Of a stretch of 64,000 nucleotides of DNA, positions 60,101 to 64,000 are shown piece by piece. Origin of the DNA: a virus. The notes beneath the pieces were generated by a model, which was not told the DNA's origin, ran no database searches, and worked only from the letters and a program-made list of their open reading frames with translations. Position numbers and translations under genes: made by a program. The DNA is taken from IMG/VR virus record IMGVR_UViG_3300044591_001745, positions 1 through 64,000 of that record, one strand, 5' to 3'. Position 1 is the first letter of the stretch, and the number at the start of each line of letters is the position of its first letter.

Positions 60101-60387
60101 ATTTTAGTTGCTAATATATTAGTGAATGCTCCACTTGCACCTATTGTCAGAGTTTTAGATGGCAGTGCCCTAATTTCGCCATTTTGTTCGAATACTATAT
60201 CTACTTCGCTGACACCATTGCCGATATATACATCTCTGCTAGCATCTCCTATAATTAGATTGCCACTTGTTGTGGATAGTGCTAGATCATTAGTGTTAGT
60301 AAGCTCTATCTTTGCTAATGATGAAGCTCCAAGATCTTGATAAAAATCTATCTTGCCGCTTCCTGGAGTTATAATAATATCGCTCAT
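57181..60387 (-). CDS. Trimeric fibre protein with N[IL]G[IV]GxxxPxxxL[HE][VI] repeats (about 1068 aa)
   Basis: Five to six GNIGIGT..P...LHV repeats, YadA-like GGxxN repeats, C-terminal beta domain. Start reassigned from GTG 60396 to ATG 60385-60387 (AGGTGG SD). Confidence 0.8.
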   Translation of the reverse strand: MSDIIITPGSGKIDFYQDLGASSLAKIELTNTNDLALSTTSGNLIIGDASRDVYIGNGVSEVDIVFEQNGEIRALPSKTLTIGASGAFTNILATKIGINQNSLSNIPLDIYNSVSGSTLINVVGTNGNLFSVTDNLSGSLMSVNNNAGLPVFEVFSDDRIVAGRFNQNDFIMTSGGNIGIGTGVPSVKLHVVGNSVFNGDISATGSFVAGSGTASLPSFEFVGDSDTGLFSPSANTVCVSTNGAERLRLDSIGNLGIGTTAPQQLVHISGNIPSTGNILRIQNGHPGQRTFVDFRIGSTGNYEDHFFIRRNGTDVFGIDTTNRGVFLENFSLFATKQFNSYNNLNAFIELQQAASPATSANMRIGYISEANLIFLASYTERMRLTGAGNLGIGTASPSTRLEVAATGTVSCDIAHFSNSNSVEKAKFSLDSGGNGTFSLIDGSNNTDIFLTSDINSASYINAGNLGVGISTPTSRLHVIGSGIFSSGIMVGDSSTNGIVIGPSGNTFIQFNTSTTNRIDIGSNTYTNSNTYLGTQFVWLNGQSTYVNGTLTFPKSATATSTATQSNTNSIIMFNGLWTGSAEVSVGNAITSTASTTTNLSSRFAFLMHNGDGTNNRTERLSILNNGNIGIGTTAPDQLLHVVGDINVSNNFGFRVNNTATSGQYLRGNGTRFVSSTIQSSDIPESLSLSNISITGLSNTSSFNNTGSLHFNNPNSNFLSFNASGVGAPTLNFGGRSDGVKIILRPSTSTFSGDYAFGIETNAVWQTVPGSSQSFKWYAGATNIATLSGDGAFTVFGGSSSRINVDNLRLDGNSLSSTNSNGPVIIQPSNYGAVQRTEDGDPRGQYSIDWQAIRSTGTQVAAGNYGSIIGGQSNTITSTHSSILGGFKNIVSGSYGVAAGEENNVSGNNSFIAGGKQAKTDKHGEFAHAAGYFATAGDAQHSVLVARMQTSNATATILTLDGAAAGSSNRITIPAKTTWTFDIKLSAYNDTGNLGMGWNIRGAIRRNGANGTALLGSTTTSWTDGGVMNGLVATVTADDTNEALQINVTGLASTNIRWIAVIDYSQVSY

Positions 60388-60388
60388 A

Positions 60389-62923
60389 TTATCCACCTAA
60401 TATTGTTTTAAGTTGCGTGATTGAATTTCGGACCACAACATTATTTTTTGTGTTATTATAATTAACCAAAGAGTTAGTTTCAATTAGCCCATTACTATTT
60501 TCTATACTAATATCGAGATCCTTCTCCCACCAACCCAATCTGCTGTTACTACCACTATCCAAACAGCCTATGCCAACAGTTAAATAATAGTCAAATGGTA
60601 ATTTTGGTAAAGTTAGTGTTCTATTTTCCCAGATATTTGAGCTGTTGGTGAATCTTACGCTAATGTCCCTAAAGCCAATTCCTGGAGTAACATTAGAGCT
60701 ATCAAATGTTGTAACTGTTTCATTATTATTATGAAAAATACCATTATTGTATCCATCTAAATAATGTCTAGCATATATATATGGATAATTAGTATTACCA
60801 GAAGCTGTTTTAACACTGGCTTTAATAAAAACTCTAGTATTGGCCGGAACATAAACGTCATTGGTAAAGCCCATCCAACCGCTCTGGTCTCTATCAGGAT
60901 AAACTCTCCAAGCAGATTCATTAAAATCATAAACTCTTAAAGCTCTTCTATTCCAATTAATACTATTACCTTGTTTAAAATTATAGCCATGACAAACAAA
61001 CTGCTGCATAAAAGCTGATCTTCCGTCCATTCTGCCTTGTGTTCCATCAGCAAGGTTAAGACCATCGCTATAAGCACCAAAACCATTGAAGTTCGTTACA
61101 TCCCAACTGTTACCAAGATAGCTATTATTAATAAGAAAAATGCTCGAACGTTCTCCATATGGCCAAAGTATAAAATAATCTATATAACAATTATCTACAT
61201 AGCTTAAACCATTTTGATATTGTACAGTCATAGGATAAGACGTATTGAATACTGCATAATTTTGTCTGAACCTAGAAGATGGTTCATACCATTGACTAAA
61301 CCCATATGCAGTATTACCAGATCTTGTAGCAAAGTTATATGATACTTCGGTACTGTTGTTGTACATGCCTTCTAAATATATCTGATCGGCATATCTTGCA
61401 GCTATATTATTAAAAAATCCATGATCATTAGCATATCTAGCAAATGCCCAGCTATTAGTATTATAACTAACACAATTTCGAATATTCAAATTATGATGAT
61501 CCCACCAATAGCCACAATTACGACTTATTCTATTAGTAGGATAAATAACTATACCATCAAAATAGCTAGTATAACTTGTTCCTATTCCACTTGCCGTAGA
61601 GTTTTGATAACTAAAACTACCTCTTAATCCTATACAGCCATAATCTGCACTATTACTATTTGCTCCAACATTAATGAGACAATTAACTATTCTCATTCTT
61701 CTTGTATAGTTTCCCGGCAAATTACCAGAATAAATAAAACTAGTTTGATCTGTACCGTATGCTGTGCCTTCTGGAGCTTTTATTTTAGTATCTCTATTCA
61801 AGTTAACAACAATACCTCCAATGCCAGCTTTAGCATTTTTTTGCAAAGTCGTTGTTGCGGATGACGAGAATCCGCCTGTTAACGTAATGACCTTTGTTTC
61901 GGTATTGATGGCAGATATCGTATAGTCCATAACATGATCCCAACTATTAGCATTGCTGTAGACGGGGTCATTTACTGGTACCATTATCAAGTCCCCAACA
62001 TTAAATCCATTTGTATTATTAACTGTTATAGTATTTGTACCAGCATTACTATCAGTCGTTAATACAGCTGCTATTCGCAAAACGATATCTCCGGATATAT
62101 GACTTTTTTCTAGTCCTGTTCTATATATCGTTAAACCAACTATTGTTCCAGAAGGAACTCCAGATAAAGTAATGAGATTTGTAACATAATTAATATCAGT
62201 AATAGTAAGTATATTCCTATTGGCTCCAGTTCCAAAAATGATTTTGTATCCTACCCTCATAACTTTGGAATCAGCGACAGTAATCGTTGAACCAGATGTG
62301 CTCAATATGGTTGTAGAAGGACTAACAAAATGTCTGAAATATATAGTATTCCCACTAATATCATGAATCCACATTCCTTCATCGCTTTTATAGTATCTAA
62401 AGTCTTTATTCAGATAATCATTACGATAAACTGTGATCCAATCCCCAGTAGCAAAATTTGTTGCATTAACCACTGAAAGAGATGTATCATTATTATTGGC
62501 ATTTGCAGATAGGGTCGTCTGAGGATTAGGATTAGTTCCTTCTATTTCGCATGTAACGTATTGATGAGCTTGAATTTGTAATCTGTGTTGTTCAGCATTT
62601 GATCCTTTAAATTCCAATAAAGACCCAGGATCCATCCTAAAAAACGCAGCACTATTCACACCCTCAGTGAACCATGTAGTATATCCAGCATTATTATCTA
62701 TATATAGAATGCCATTCATTCTTAATTTACCAGAAGACGTTATAGTCAATTTTCCTCTCACTGTACTGTCATTAAATCCATTTGTTGTTCTTCTGTCATC
62801 ATTAATGGTAACAACATGACCATAATTCACTATAAATATGTCGCCATCCACAGGAACTGGATTTCCGCCCCATGTTGATGTGCTATTAAAATTTCCACTT
62901 TGTGTGCTAGTTCGTGTTGCCAT
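60389..62923 (-). CDS. Putative tailspike/depolymerase-like protein (G8-like N-terminus, parallel beta-helix, C-terminal CBM-like domain; 844 aa)
   Basis: SGNFNSTSTWGGNPVPVDGD...GHVVTI N-terminus. Asn-rich 20-25-aa coils (NIRNCVSYN, FFNNIAAR, VSYNFATR, FRQNYAVFN). Three inserted TITV...FxxGD modules. Confidence 0.6.
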   Translation of the reverse strand: MATRTSTQSGNFNSTSTWGGNPVPVDGDIFIVNYGHVVTINDDRRTTNGFNDSTVRGKLTITSSGKLRMNGILYIDNNAGYTTWFTEGVNSAAFFRMDPGSLLEFKGSNAEQHRLQIQAHQYVTCEIEGTNPNPQTTLSANANNNDTSLSVVNATNFATGDWITVYRNDYLNKDFRYYKSDEGMWIHDISGNTIYFRHFVSPSTTILSTSGSTITVADSKVMRVGYKIIFGTGANRNILTITDINYVTNLITLSGVPSGTIVGLTIYRTGLEKSHISGDIVLRIAAVLTTDSNAGTNTITVNNTNGFNVGDLIMVPVNDPVYSNANSWDHVMDYTISAINTETKVITLTGGFSSSATTTLQKNAKAGIGGIVVNLNRDTKIKAPEGTAYGTDQTSFIYSGNLPGNYTRRMRIVNCLINVGANSNSADYGCIGLRGSFSYQNSTASGIGTSYTSYFDGIVIYPTNRISRNCGYWWDHHNLNIRNCVSYNTNSWAFARYANDHGFFNNIAARYADQIYLEGMYNNSTEVSYNFATRSGNTAYGFSQWYEPSSRFRQNYAVFNTSYPMTVQYQNGLSYVDNCYIDYFILWPYGERSSIFLINNSYLGNSWDVTNFNGFGAYSDGLNLADGTQGRMDGRSAFMQQFVCHGYNFKQGNSINWNRRALRVYDFNESAWRVYPDRDQSGWMGFTNDVYVPANTRVFIKASVKTASGNTNYPYIYARHYLDGYNNGIFHNNNETVTTFDSSNVTPGIGFRDISVRFTNSSNIWENRTLTLPKLPFDYYLTVGIGCLDSGSNSRLGWWEKDLDISIENSNGLIETNSLVNYNNTKNNVVVRNSITQLKTILGG

Positions 62924-63110
62924 TTATATTTTCCGAAATATTGTATAGCTTTTCAAAGCTTGTAGTGTTAAAGGCTATTTCAAATTTTGTTGTATTATCG
63001 TCATTTTGTACCGTAGATGAAGATATTTCTACAACATCGGTATTTGGATACATATCGTTGTTAATTGATATTTCTCCAGTATTTTTATCAATATTCACAT
63101 ATATTATCAT
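62907..63110 (-). CDS. Small hypothetical protein (67 aa)
   Basis: SD AGGA upstream. Fills the gap and overlaps the next start. Confidence 0.65.
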   Translation of the reverse strand: MIIYVNIDKNTGEISINNDMYPNTDVVEISSSTVQNDDNTTKFEIAFNTTSFEKLYNISENINGNTN

Positions 63111-63126
63111 AATATTTCCTCAATAT

Positions 63127-63136
63127 CATATACACT
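63127..63136 (-). promoter_or_regulatory. Possible variant late promoter motif AGTGTATATG
   Basis: One-mismatch copy of the intergenic GGTGTA motif. Confidence 0.3.
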
Positions 63137-63137
63137 A

Positions 63138-63998
63138 TTATAAATATTTATATCTCATAGACTGATAATTGGCCATAATTTCATTAGCAGATAATATTCT
63201 ATTATAAATTTTGGCACTATATAAGTATCCATAAGCAGAATGATTACCGCAGTGATTAGTATTGCCCATCAAATTAAAAACTAATGTTGGATGAGAATAA
63301 CTCTGAGAAATGCTCCCACTAGCAACCAAAACTCCATTAACATATAATAATAATGTTTGAGTATTACCAACAATAATTTGTTGCATGGTATATAGGTATA
63401 CATTATTTAAGAGCGTTCCTTCATAATAGATATTTAAAGATGAGGAGCCTGCAATATTAAGGTAGAGTCTTCCTGATGTGGTATCATACCCTGCTCTTAG
63501 CCCTGTGTATAAGGGGCCGTTTGGGCCGTTGAATCCTCCTTGCTTACTAAACAGAGTATATCCTGTAGTCCCGCAGGCGCTATTAACATTTAAAAAGCTT
63601 GTCGGCTTATACCAAATGTCTATTGTCATTAAATCTGTAAATGGAACACTATTAACAACATTCTCATACGCATTACTATTGCCACTGGTATACAACAAAG
63701 CCTTATTGTCTTGAAATCCTCCACCAATATTAAAATGTCTATTATTTCCTGATAAGTCATATAATATATTAGAATTAGGAGTTAATATTTCTTTTATACT
63801 AAGATAGTCTATATCAAAGTCTGCTCCAACATTGTCAGCATTTAATACAAATTGGCCTGTTGTATTGCATGTAAAAGTTCTTGTGTACGTTCCTGGAGCA
63901 AGAGCCATCGCGCTTTGAAAATTCGGTGTTAAGCTATAAGGAGGAACATTGGGGCTAAAACTAGCTGAGGTAGAGCCTCTCTTGGCGGTAATGGTCCA
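63138..63998 (-). CDS. LamG/concanavalin-A-like lectin domain protein, C-terminal part (starts beyond right edge)
   Basis: Frame stays open upstream of ATG 63908 to the window end. LYDLSGNNRH...TIDIWYKP...LYVNG...KIYNRILSANEI..NY is the typical phage LamG pattern. Confidence 0.8.
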   Translation of the reverse strand, partial: WTITAKRGSTSASFSPNVPPYSLTPNFQSAMALAPGTYTRTFTCNTTGQFVLNADNVGADFDIDYLSIKEILTPNSNILYDLSGNNRHFNIGGGFQDNKALLYTSGNSNAYENVVNSVPFTDLMTIDIWYKPTSFLNVNSACGTTGYTLFSKQGGFNGPNGPLYTGLRAGYDTTSGRLYLNIAGSSSLNIYYEGTLLNNVYLYTMQQIIVGNTQTLLLYVNGVLVASGSISQSYSHPTLVFNLMGNTNHCGNHSAYGYLYSAKIYNRILSANEIMANYQSMRYKYL

Positions 63999-64000
63999 TA

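Larger units (their letters stand above)
1..64000 (-). other. Virion morphogenesis (neck/tail/fibre) module of a large tailed phage, probably siphovirus-like
   Basis: All long ORFs are on the minus strand with gaps under 100 nt or overlapping stop/start codons. Gene order adaptor-stopper-neck-terminator-tube-chaperones-TMP-tip/fibres is canonical for Caudoviricetes. Shine-Dalgarno motifs (AGGA, GGAG, GAGGTGA) precede many starts. No sheath gene recognised. Confidence 0.92.

Noticed and set aside
57181-60387. Peptidase S74 intramolecular chaperone on the NIGIGT-repeat fibre
   Set aside because: No SDxRLK motif; the C-terminus is a different beta domain.
1-64000. Eukaryotic giant virus origin (RCC1, PT and collagen repeats), or CRISPR, tRNA or rRNA genes
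   Set aside because: SD motifs, overlapping operonic genes and the TMP/tube/adaptor order indicate a bacteriophage. No spaced repeats were seen, and no RNA gene was recognised in the short intergenic gaps.

Overview
The window is a 64-kb piece of a large, AT-rich tailed-phage genome. Almost all of it is one densely packed minus-strand virion morphogenesis module, and both ends cut through genes. In transcription order (right to left) it contains: a LamG/ConA-like protein; a beta-helix tailspike-like protein; a fibre protein; a head-tail adaptor; a P-domain protein; a collagen-motif protein; an RgpF-like glycosyltransferase; stopper, neck and terminator proteins; an internally duplicated tail-tube protein; two paralogous tail-assembly-chaperone-like genes; a 5109-aa tape measure protein (TMP); a 2488-aa fibre; a cluster of Ig/RCC1/Pro-Thr-linker proteins; and large putative tail-tip proteins. 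No sheath, capsid, terminase, tRNA, CRISPR, integrase or reverse transcriptase gene was recognised. The most striking observation is the TMP. About 20 [FY]AxGG-type motifs and five copies of a PxxLxPGEFV-type core divide it into segments. These segments carry motif-recognisable enzyme domains (PD-(D/E)xK nuclease, HAD phosphatase, ADP-ribosyltransferase-like, GNAT-like) and a pre-toxin-TG-like hairpin. This suggests a TMP polyprotein that is processed and injects effectors. Other points of note are a candidate virion O-glycosylation system, a recurrent GG(T/G)GTA late-promoter-like motif, a terminator directly in front of the TMP gene, and pervasive domain insertion among the fibre genes. All family assignments come from motif recognition by eye; no database searches were run.
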